From positions 1-25,146 of the forward strand of contig CAWDKY010000045.1 of NCBI GenBank assembly GCA_963802945.1: a stretch of DNA of 25,146 nucleotides. Direction: 5' to 3'. Position numbers and translations under genes: made by a program. Below the pieces are notes generated by a model, which worked only from the letters and a program-made list of their open reading frames with translations, did no database searches and was not told the DNA's origin. This document shows positions 17,308 to 25,146 of this stretch, one piece after another (within the stretch, counting starts at the first letter, position 1; every line of letters begins with the position of its first letter). This stretch comes from an uncultured delta proteobacterium (lineage in GTDB: Bacteria > Desulfobacterota > RBG-13-43-22).

Positions 17308-18192
17308 ATGGATAACTCCCGCCAATTCATACAGTATATCTTGTCCGGTCTCTCTAACGGCGCGATCTACGCCCTGATCGGCTTTGGTTTCGCCATCATC
17401 CATAATGCTACCGGCATCATCAATTTTGCCCAGGGTGAGTTTGTGATGCTGGGCGGTATGCTGACCCTATTTTTTTTGATTTTTTTACATTTCCCCCTTT
17501 GGCCGTCCATGGTATTGGCTATTACTATTTCAACTTTAGTCGGTATGGCCTTTGAGCGTCTGGCGATCAGACCGCTCAAAAATGCCAAACCGCTGAGCCT
17601 GATTATCATTACTATCGGCGCCAGTATTTTCATCCGCGGTGCGGCCATGCTGATCTGGGGAAAAGATACCCACGCCTTACCCTCCTTTTCGGGTGACGAT
17701 CCGCTGTATATCGCGGGAGCTACTATTTTACCCCAGCATCTCTGGATTTTCGGCCTAAGTGTTTTGATCATTATCCTAAACAAGATCTTCTTCAATTACA
17801 CCCTTACCGGAAAAGCCATGCGGGCCTGCGCCTATAACGCTTATGTCGCCAGCCTGGTCGGCATCGACGTCAAGATCATGGTTTTGCTCTCCTTTGTCAT
17901 CAGCTCCGCTATCGGATCCATGGCCGGAATCATCATTGCTCCGCTCACCATGACCTCCTTTGACGTGGGCATCATGCTGGGGTTGAAGGGCTTTTGCGCG
18001 GTGATTATCGGCGGAATGAGCAGCGGTCTGGGAACCGTATTGGGAGGACTTCTCTTGGGGCTTCTGGAATCCTTAGGCGCCGGCTACATCTCGGCCAGCT
18101 ATAAAGACGCCATCGCTTTTATTATCCTGTTACTGATACTATTTTTCAGGCCGGAAGGATTATTCAAAAAAAAGGAGACCGAGAGGGTTTAG
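17308..18192 (+). CDS. livH: Branched-chain-type ABC transporter permease LivH
   Basis: GAIYALIGFG, IINFAQGE, GKAMRA, ASLVGI and RPEGLF. Confidence 0.94.
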   Translation: MDNSRQFIQYILSGLSNGAIYALIGFGFAIIHNATGIINFAQGEFVMLGGMLTLFFLIFLHFPLWPSMVLAITISTLVGMAFERLAIRPLKNAKPLSLIIITIGASIFIRGAAMLIWGKDTHALPSFSGDDPLYIAGATILPQHLWIFGLSVLIIILNKIFFNYTLTGKAMRACAYNAYVASLVGIDVKIMVLLSFVISSAIGSMAGIIIAPLTMTSFDVGIMLGLKGFCAVIIGGMSSGLGTVLGGLLLGLLESLGAGYISASYKDAIAFIILLLILFFRPEGLFKKKETERV

Positions 18193-18226
18193 AACTTATA
18201 GTCTCCTTGGCTAGTTAGTATAAATC

Positions 18227-19198
18227 ATGACCAAAGAAAAACGCCAAATACTCATTTTTTTATTTTTTGCGGCCGCCGTGCTTATGACGCCGTTTTTTTT
18301 AAGGGGCAGCTATTTTCTAAATGTGTTTGTTTTTATCGGCATCAACACCATGCTGGCCGTGGCCTTGAATCTGCTGCTGGGATATGCAGGCCAGATTTCT
18401 TTGGGGCATGCCGCTTTTTTCGGATTAGGGGCCTATTGCTCCGGTATTCTTACCACCCAATTTCTAATTAGCCCCTGGCTGGCCATGATGGTGGCCGGCT
18501 TTTGCGCGGCGGGGTTGGCTTTTGTCATCGGATTTCCCATTTTGAAGTTGAAAGGCCATTACCTGGCCATGGCCACCCTCGGTTTCGGCATTATCTTGTA
18601 CATTATCTTTAATGAAACCGTCGGTTGGACCGGCGGCCCATCCGGATTATCCGGCATTCCCAACCTCCACATCGGTTCCATTCACTTTGATAATGACTGG
18701 AATAATTATTATCTGATCTGGATATTTACCCTTGGCGTTATGTTATTGTCGATTAACTTGTCTCAATCCAGAATCGGCCGTGCGCTTCGGGCTATTCATG
18801 ATTCGGAAGTCGCCGCCCGCGTTATGGGTGTCAATGCCCGTCTTCTGAAAGTGCAGATATTCACGGTATCCGCCCTCCTATCCGCTGTGGCCGGAAGCCT
18901 TTACGCCCATACCATGACTTTTATTTCTCCCGTAGCCTTTGGTTTTAATTTTTCCGTGGAACTGGTGACCATGGTCATTATCGGCGGGCTGGGCAGTATC
19001 TATGGCTCCTTCTTAGGCGCGGCAATCTTAACCATGCTGCCGGAATGGCTACGCGTGTTTCAGGATTTTGACATTGTCATTTACGGGCTGATGCTCATCC
19101 TGATCACCATGTATCTACCCGGTGGCCTGATCAGTGGCCTCGAAACTATGGCCAGAATGGTTAGGCGCAGAATCAGAGGGAAGCAAAGCGATGCTTAG
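18227..19198 (+). CDS. livM: Branched-chain-type ABC transporter permease LivM
   Basis: NLLLGYAGQISLGHAAFFGLGAY, LKGHYLAMATL, GRALRAIHDSE and IIGGLGS. Confidence 0.94.
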   Translation: MTKEKRQILIFLFFAAAVLMTPFFLRGSYFLNVFVFIGINTMLAVALNLLLGYAGQISLGHAAFFGLGAYCSGILTTQFLISPWLAMMVAGFCAAGLAFVIGFPILKLKGHYLAMATLGFGIILYIIFNETVGWTGGPSGLSGIPNLHIGSIHFDNDWNNYYLIWIFTLGVMLLSINLSQSRIGRALRAIHDSEVAARVMGVNARLLKVQIFTVSALLSAVAGSLYAHTMTFISPVAFGFNFSVELVTMVIIGGLGSIYGSFLGAAILTMLPEWLRVFQDFDIVIYGLMLILITMYLPGGLISGLETMARMVRRRIRGKQSDA

Positions 19199-19943
19199 GC
19201 TAAACGGCATAACCAAGCAATTTGGAGGGCTCACCGCCTTGGAAGATGTTTCCCTTTCAGTTGCCAAAGGGTCGATAACCGGCATCATCGGCCCTAACGG
19301 AGCTGGGAAAACAACGCTCTTTAACATCGTCAGCGGTCTTTATACGCAGACATCGGGACAGGTTTTTCTTGGTGAAAACAATATATCGCTCTTCGCTCCG
19401 GAGAAGCTGGCTAAACTCGGTCTGGTGCGCACCTTTCAAAACGTTGAGTTATTCGGACAAATGACCGTTCTGGAAAATGCCATGGTCGGACTGCACACCA
19501 GGAGCCATGGCGGTATTTTTTCCTGCGCCTTCAAACTTCCCGGTCAGATCAGGGAAGAAAAGCATATTATGGAAAAGGCTTTTCTGTGGCTGGAATTCAC
19601 CGGTCTTACGGACTGTGCCGACCTGACCGCTTGCAATTTACCGTTCGGCAAGGGAAGGCTTTTGGAGATCTCCAGGGCACTGGCCGTGGAACCGCAAATC
19701 ATCTTGATGGATGAACCGGCCGCCGGGCTGAACAGCCGCGAAACGGTCGAACTCGCCAGTCTCATCCGAAGGATCCAAGAACTGGGAATAACGGTTGTGC
19801 TGGTCGAACATGACATGGAACTGGTGATGGATATTTGTGAAACGATTATCGTCTTGAATCTGGGGAAGAAGCTGGCCTATGGCACACCGCGGGAAATTCA
19901 GGAAAACCCTGCGGTTATCTCCGCCTATTTAGGCGAAGGCTAA
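19191..19943 (+). CDS. livG: ABC transporter ATP-binding protein LivG
   Basis: GPNGAGKTT, RTFQN, LMDEPAAG, VEHDM and VISAYLG; ATG 19191 overlaps the livM stop. Confidence 0.94.
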   Translation: MLRLNGITKQFGGLTALEDVSLSVAKGSITGIIGPNGAGKTTLFNIVSGLYTQTSGQVFLGENNISLFAPEKLAKLGLVRTFQNVELFGQMTVLENAMVGLHTRSHGGIFSCAFKLPGQIREEKHIMEKAFLWLEFTGLTDCADLTACNLPFGKGRLLEISRALAVEPQIILMDEPAAGLNSRETVELASLIRRIQELGITVVLVEHDMELVMDICETIIVLNLGKKLAYGTPREIQENPAVISAYLGEG

Positions 19944-19966
19944 TGGCTTATTAAATTAAAAAAACT

Positions 19967-20710
19967 ATGCTGAGAATAAAAAATATCAACACCTACTACG
20001 GCCAGGTACATGCGCTCAAAAATATTTCTCTGCACTTGGCGGAAGGTGAAATTGTCACGTTGATTGGAGCAAACGGCGCCGGGAAGACCACACTGCTTAA
20101 TACTTTGTCGGGAATTTTACCGCCCAAAAGCGGGCAGATACTGTTTGATAATATCCCCATTGCCGCCTTGGCCCCTCACAGTATCGTTAAGCTGGGCGTT
20201 TCTCAGGTACCGGAAGGAAGGCAAGTTTTTAAACCTCTCTCCGTGGAAGACAATCTGGAACTGGGCGCTTACTTGCGATACAAAACCAGCGCGGGCAAGG
20301 CAGAGGTGAAACAAACCATTGAGATGGTCTTTGTCTTGTTTCCCATTCTGCGTGAACGACGAAAGCAATTGGCTGGAACGCTTTCGGGTGGTGAACAGCA
20401 AATGCTGGCTATCGGCCGCGCGCTCATGGCTAAACCCAAATTACTGCTTCTTGATGAACCTTCCATGGGACTGGCGCCCATGATCTCTCAGGAAATTTTC
20501 AAGGTTATCGAAAGGCTCTCCCGCGAAAAAAATACCACGGTTCTTCTGGTCGAGCAAAACGCCAGAGCCGCCTTGAAGATGGCCGATCGCGGCTATGTGA
20601 TCGAAACCGGTCGCCTGATTCTGGAGGGAACCGCAGCCGAGTTGCTGGAAAATAAAGATGTTCAAAGGGCCTATATCGGAAAGGACAAAAAGGAGATATG
20701 GGAACGGTAA
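19967..20710 (+). CDS. livF: ABC transporter ATP-binding protein LivF
   Basis: GANGAGKTT, VPEGRQVF, LSGGEQQMLA, LLDEPSMGLAP and VEQN. Confidence 0.95.
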   Translation: MLRIKNINTYYGQVHALKNISLHLAEGEIVTLIGANGAGKTTLLNTLSGILPPKSGQILFDNIPIAALAPHSIVKLGVSQVPEGRQVFKPLSVEDNLELGAYLRYKTSAGKAEVKQTIEMVFVLFPILRERRKQLAGTLSGGEQQMLAIGRALMAKPKLLLLDEPSMGLAPMISQEIFKVIERLSREKNTTVLLVEQNARAALKMADRGYVIETGRLILEGTAAELLENKDVQRAYIGKDKKEIWER

Positions 20711-20803
20711 TTATGATGGAAACAAGCCAAAGGCCAATTTTTTTAAATGGAAGATTCCCTGCATTTCAGTACAGAAACCTTCCATGGACCGGGAGGGATT
20801 AAC

Positions 20804-22105
20804 ATGAATATTTGGGATAAGAAACATGAATGCATATCACGCGACGAACTCGAACAATTGCAGTTGGAAAGACTGCAGGCGACCATCAACAGAGTTCACA
20901 AGAACGTCAGCCATTACCGGAAAAAATTTAAGGAACTGGATATTATTCCGGAAGATATTCAAACGCTCTCGGATTTGACAAAACTTCCGCTGACCACCAA
21001 AGAAGACCTAACACTCAACTATCCTTATGGCATGTTTGCCGTGCCTTTGCGGGAAGTGGTCCGGATTCATTCTTCTTCCGGAACCACCAGCAAGCCGATC
21101 GTCGTCGGGTACACCAAAAATGATATTCACTTCTGGTCTAATCTGGTGGCGCGTTTTATGACCTCCGCCGGCGTCACCTCCGATGATTTGGTGCAAATAA
21201 CCTTTCAATATGGTCCCTTTACCGGCGCGTTCGGCCTGCATTACGGGGCGGAAATGATTGGTGCATCGGTTATTCCTATGGGTACCGGAAAAACGGAAAA
21301 GCAAATCATGATTATGCAGGATTATAAATCAACGGTACTGGTCGGCACGCCGAGTTACGCCCTGGCCTTGGCAACACGAATGGAAGAAATGGGCCTAGAT
21401 CCCAAATCCCTTTCGCTGAAATTCGGGCTTTTTGGCGGAGAACTCTGGTCGGAATCGATGCGCATCGAAATCGAGCAGAGGCTTTCCCTTAGTGCTACCG
21501 ACAATTACGGTCTTTCCGAAGTGATGGGTCCCGGTATCGCCGGTGAATGTTGGCACAAAAGCGGTATGCATATCTATGAAGACGCTTTCTTGCCGGAGAT
21601 TATCAATCCGGATACCGGCGCCGTGCTGCCACCCGGCGCTGAAGGTGAACTGGTCCTTACTACTTTAGCCCGGGAAGCTTACCCGATGATTCGTTACCGG
21701 ACAAGAGACGTCACCAGCCTCGACTACTCTATCTGTCCTTGCGGCAGAACTTTAGTGCGCATGAAAAGAATCGTGCGGCGTTCCGACGACATGCTCATCA
21801 TCAGAGGAGTCAATGTTTATCCTTCACAGCTTGAGGAAGCCATTTTCAGTGTGGCTGAAGGTGAAGCCCCGTATCAGATCGTGGTTGAGCGCAGCGGAGC
21901 CCTGGACAGGTTGGAAATCGTTATTGAGGTTACGGATAAAATTTTCGCCTTGGAGCTGCAAAAACAACGGTCTTTTCTGGAACAGGTCAAAAAACGCATC
22001 AACTCGGTTACCGGTATTAATGTTTTTGTAAAGTTGGTTGAAGCCAAAAGCTTACCCAGGCCAGATGGGAAAATTGTCCGGGTATTGGATAAAAGAAAAA
22101 TATAG
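20804..22105 (+). CDS. paaK: Phenylacetate-CoA ligase family protein
   Basis: YPYGMFAVP, HSSSGTT, GLHYGAE, DNYGLSE, IRYRTRD and RSDDMLIIRGVNVYP; GGAGG RBS favours ATG 20804. Confidence 0.93.
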   Translation: MNIWDKKHECISRDELEQLQLERLQATINRVHKNVSHYRKKFKELDIIPEDIQTLSDLTKLPLTTKEDLTLNYPYGMFAVPLREVVRIHSSSGTTSKPIVVGYTKNDIHFWSNLVARFMTSAGVTSDDLVQITFQYGPFTGAFGLHYGAEMIGASVIPMGTGKTEKQIMIMQDYKSTVLVGTPSYALALATRMEEMGLDPKSLSLKFGLFGGELWSESMRIEIEQRLSLSATDNYGLSEVMGPGIAGECWHKSGMHIYEDAFLPEIINPDTGAVLPPGAEGELVLTTLAREAYPMIRYRTRDVTSLDYSICPCGRTLVRMKRIVRRSDDMLIIRGVNVYPSQLEEAIFSVAEGEAPYQIVVERSGALDRLEIVIEVTDKIFALELQKQRSFLEQVKKRINSVTGINVFVKLVEAKSLPRPDGKIVRVLDKRKI

Positions 22106-22321
22106 TATACTTATTAAGGGTATCAAAATAATATAGACCAACCGGAGTTCTCTTTTATGGGTTTGTTCAAAAGGTAACTCATCGCCCTGTCCCGGCCCGG
22201 GCAGCTAATGGGATTAGGTGTAGGGCATTGTTCGGCAGCTTCGGTAGGGTTTATAAAAAATGGCATTTCATAAGGGGGAGAAATGAACAACCTGAATCTT
22301 ATAAAAAGAAAGGAGGAATGA

Positions 22322-22441
22322 ATGCAACCTGAACTATTTGATCCAATGGTCTCTTGGTATGTATGGTTTGCTTTGATTATTGGGACATTCATCATGACGT
22401 TGGTTGGTACTTGGCTTATCGCAAGGAGGTTTAAAGAATGA
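22322..22441 (+). CDS. 39-aa single-pass membrane peptide, putative symporter small accessory subunit (absent from the ORF track)
   Basis: MQPELFDPMVSWYVWFALIIGTFIMTLVGTWLIARRFKE; AGGAGG at 22311-22316; ATGA stop/start overlap with the symporter at 22438-22441. Confidence 0.75.
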   Translation: MQPELFDPMVSWYVWFALIIGTFIMTLVGTWLIARRFKE

Positions 22442-24009
22442 ATCCAAAATATCTAGATATTCCCCAACCTACCCTGAGTATGATTATTTGGTCAAGTCTA
22501 GGGGTCCTGATTCTTTTTGCGATTGCCCTTCTTCTCGGTACCATAGCCAAGAAGAAATGGGCTTCCTTTGAAGAGTTTCTAGTCGGCCAAAGAGATATTG
22601 GTCCTTGGGTTACAGGTTTAGCCCTCACCGGTTCTTACATTTCCGGCTGGGCATTCTGCGGAAGCACGGCTATTGTTTATAAGGTAGGATTTTCAGGTAT
22701 GTGGTTCGCCGGCATCTGGACCCTGGTAGGCATCATTCCTTGCGTTTGGCTTGCAGCGACTAAAACCAGAGAGTTCTCATCCAAACTTGGCGCCGCGACC
22801 ATTGCCCAAACTATTGGCATGAGATTTGAATCCAAAGGACTCCAGATACTTGTTGCCGGAAGCATGCTCTTCTTCCTCTTTATGTATTCAGTCGGGCAGC
22901 TCAAAGCCGCTGGTACGGTTTGGTTTGCGGTTACAGGTCTTCCCCAAGGCTGGTGTCTTTTCATCTCAATAGTTATCGCTTGGATCTTCCTCCGGCTGGG
23001 CGGCTACACGGGAACCCAGTGGTTTATTGCTGTAAAAGGGGCATTTTTAGGATTTGTCGGTGCGTTGATCGGTGTTTGGGCGATCATCTGGGCCGGCGGT
23101 TTTAGTTCAATCACCAACAGTTTAATGGCTCAGGATCCGTCCCTCATGCGACTGATGAACCCCGCTCTTCCAAAAATCGGTAATACCCAACTCTTTTCAA
23201 GCCTGGTGGGGATCATGGCAACACCGGTTATCTTTTTCACCATGGCCGTTGGTTTCCCTCATAACATCAGTCGATTCCTTGGAATGAAAAAGATGACCAA
23301 GAAAGACTTTACCTTGCTGTGCTTTGTGGTCTGGTTGACTGCAGGCATACCGATTATGCTTGACTGCTCAAGCAATGGCCTTGTAGCCCGGATTATTTTT
23401 GGTAACAATCTCCTGGCCAACAAACAATGGGGCGCAGATCTCGCTGCACCTCTGTTATCCTGGGCCTTAGGCGGATCAGGATTACTCGCAGCCTACCTGA
23501 CAGGTCTTGTAGGTGCCGCCCTGGGAACACTCTCGGCCATGGTTTTTATCATGAGTGCTAATGTAACCAACGATATCATTAAATGCGTATCACCAAAGGT
23601 GTCGGATAAATCCATGCTGTATCTTGGCTATTTCCTGATCGCCCTTTTCCTATTCCTTCCTTTTTTCTGGACCCTGAATAATCCTCCTGAACTGCTGGCT
23701 ATCTTCATGGGATTTGCAGCTATGGGTCTGGGCGCCATTTATTTCTTCGTTACGGTCATGTCCTATTATTGGAAAGGAGCAACCAAATGGGGGGCCATTT
23801 GCACCGTTGTTTATGGAACCATTGGGACTCTATTCGGCAGCTGGGCTGTGATGGGACGTAAACCACCGTTACTCGGGATGGGCACCATGGAATGGATCTT
23901 AATCGGCGGATGTATGGTCCTTTACTTTGGCGTAAGCTTCTTCACCAAACGACCATCAAAGGAGTTGATCGACCGATTATTTATCTCCGAACAAAAGTTA
24001 AATGGCTGA
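22438..24009 (+). CDS. Sodium:solute symporter (SSS) family transporter
   Basis: 523 aa, about 13 TM; EFLVGQRDIGPW, SYISGWAFCG, GGYTGT, GFPHNISRF and A(L)GTLS; AAGGAGG RBS lies inside the upstream peptide. Confidence 0.9.
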   Translation: MNPKYLDIPQPTLSMIIWSSLGVLILFAIALLLGTIAKKKWASFEEFLVGQRDIGPWVTGLALTGSYISGWAFCGSTAIVYKVGFSGMWFAGIWTLVGIIPCVWLAATKTREFSSKLGAATIAQTIGMRFESKGLQILVAGSMLFFLFMYSVGQLKAAGTVWFAVTGLPQGWCLFISIVIAWIFLRLGGYTGTQWFIAVKGAFLGFVGALIGVWAIIWAGGFSSITNSLMAQDPSLMRLMNPALPKIGNTQLFSSLVGIMATPVIFFTMAVGFPHNISRFLGMKKMTKKDFTLLCFVVWLTAGIPIMLDCSSNGLVARIIFGNNLLANKQWGADLAAPLLSWALGGSGLLAAYLTGLVGAALGTLSAMVFIMSANVTNDIIKCVSPKVSDKSMLYLGYFLIALFLFLPFFWTLNNPPELLAIFMGFAAMGLGAIYFFVTVMSYYWKGATKWGAICTVVYGTIGTLFGSWAVMGRKPPLLGMGTMEWILIGGCMVLYFGVSFFTKRPSKELIDRLFISEQKLNG

Positions 24010-24270
24010 TTCAAAATAAGGGCCCTGCGGGGATCTTATTTTTGTAGTCCTTAAACAACATAAGGAGATTTTTTGAGAAGTTAAACCTTGATTTGGCCGG
24101 CCGTTGGGGTTGTTTGGCTTATCCGGACTTTACAAATAGAAGATGATAAGGGGAAAAGCTGAGGTAGGGTTCTAAGATTTGGATGAACTACTCCCTTTAC
24201 ATCCTGATCTTCCTTTATCTTATCAAATCGGCCCAGATTGGATATTGGGGAACAACTTGAGGAGAAGAAT

Positions 24271-24702
24271 ATGATCGCTTATCAGCTTTCCATTTTTGCA
24301 GAAAATAAACCAGGTATGCTGGCCCGCATAACCGGCGTTCTAGCCAAAGCCAAGATCAGTATTCGGGCGACGACGATATCCACTCACGATACTTTCGGGG
24401 TCATCAGTCTGATTGTGGATGATCCTAAGCGGGCCAAAGCGATGCTGACCGAAGCCGGCCTGACCGTCCAGTTAGGCAGTGTGCTGGCGGTTCTCATTCC
24501 CGACCAACCCGGCGGTCTGGATAAATTGGTGCAGCTTCTCTATCGTGAGGGCATCAATGTCAACAATGCCTATGGCTTTGTGCTGGAATCCGCGGAAAAA
24601 GCCGTCTTTGTCTTGGAAGTTGAACAGATCGAACAAGCGGAAAAATTAGTGGAAAAGAACGGATTCAAGACGCTGGATACAGAGGCCTTATCAGCCGTTT
24701 AG
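24271..24702 (+). CDS. Tandem ACT-domain protein (paaK-associated type)
   Basis: QLSIFAENKPGMLA...LIVDDP...DQPGGL...INVNNAYGF; GAGGAG RBS before ATG 24271. Confidence 0.9.
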   Translation: MIAYQLSIFAENKPGMLARITGVLAKAKISIRATTISTHDTFGVISLIVDDPKRAKAMLTEAGLTVQLGSVLAVLIPDQPGGLDKLVQLLYREGINVNNAYGFVLESAEKAVFVLEVEQIEQAEKLVEKNGFKTLDTEALSAV

Positions 24703-24837
24703 CCGTCCCACAAAATGAAATTCTAATTAGGGCCGATCCTGACCTATACTTTTTCTGACAGAAAGTGCCAAAATAAATAGTGGTCTGAATTTCCATATTT
24801 CACAACTCGTTGAAATTGGCATGGGCTTGAATCAGCG

Positions 24838-24987
24838 ATTACGAGTTAAAATAGACAATCCGCCCCAAAATCAGAACATGACCATGGGGATTAAATCCCA
24901 AAAAGCCTCCAAAGGTTTGGATGGCTATGGTTGCCCGTGCGACGGAGTTTTTCCCGGGGAGGCAATATTGATCATAGAGGACCTTCT
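24838..24987 (-). pseudogene. IS91-like (Y2 HUH) transposase remnant
   Basis: Minus frame KVLYDQYCLPGKNSVARATIAIQTFGGFLGFNPHGHVLILGRIVYFNS* resembles the IS91-family QTFG..L.FNPHxH motif; bounded by stops. Confidence 0.7.
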
Positions 24988-25082
24988 ATAGAAGAATCCT
25001 CTGAAAGAGAAGTTGGGTTAAGCTCCCGGCTGGTGAACGGTTCCAGACCCGGGGTGCAGACGGTAAAAAATCTTTCCATCAT
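24972..25082 (-). pseudogene. 5' fragment of a THUMP-domain RNA methyltransferase (RlmL-like)
   Basis: MMERFFTVCTPGLEPFTSREL resembles the N-terminus of RlmL/THUMP methyltransferases; the frame ends after 36 residues. Confidence 0.5.
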
Positions 25083-25112
25083 CCTTTATCCCATCAAGCT
25101 CGGTTCTGACCG

Positions 25113-25145
25113 TCATACCATATTTTTGATGTTCGGCAACTCAGC
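25113..25145 (-). CDS. Possible 3' end of an upstream gene running off the window
   Basis: ...AELPNIKNMV* only; too short to assign. Confidence 0.25.
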   Translation of the reverse strand, partial: AELPNIKNMV

Positions 25146-25146
25146 A

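Noticed and set aside
22319-22321. In-frame TGA as selenocysteine
   Set aside because: No Cys-type redox context or SECIS-like hairpin; the next ATG has its own RBS.
22123-22395. Minus-strand 90-aa ORF and a possible riboswitch upstream of the symporter
   Set aside because: The ORF is antisense to the better-supported peptide; the short GC hairpin at ~22175-22226 matches no riboswitch consensus I recognise.
24817-24832. Sigma54-like TGGCATG...TTGA
   Set aside because: Spacing is wrong for GG-N10-GC and the -12 GC is missing.

Overview
A 25.1-kb bacterial chromosomal window. Gene content suggests an anaerobic Desulfobacterota/'Deltaproteobacteria'-like organism (inference). The left half (1-12.3 kb) is an accessory/metabolic mosaic. 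It holds a frameshifted D-cysteine-desulfhydrase-family PLP enzyme, a frameshifted GMC-family oxidoreductase, an APC permease, a DUF362/2x[4Fe-4S] protein, an AhpC/TSA-like redoxin, an intact IS3-family element, a 3-hydroxyacyl-CoA dehydrogenase and a secreted M28-like protein. The right half carries ruvX-mltG, a small conserved protein, a membrane-anchored LysM/SPOR-like protein, livKHMGF-type ABC genes, paaK, a 39-aa membrane peptide coupled to a Na+/solute symporter, an ACT protein, and decayed IS91-like and RNA-methyltransferase fragments. No rRNA, tRNA or CRISPR array was seen. The most unusual signals are non-coding: three paralogous ~100-bp promoter/leader modules (two facing outward from an ~840-bp segment), a ~220-nt multi-hairpin candidate RNA between them, and a recurrent GTCAA-N8/9-TTGAY palindrome, one copy of which is the IS3 target. 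All alignments and foldings were done by eye; no databases were searched.
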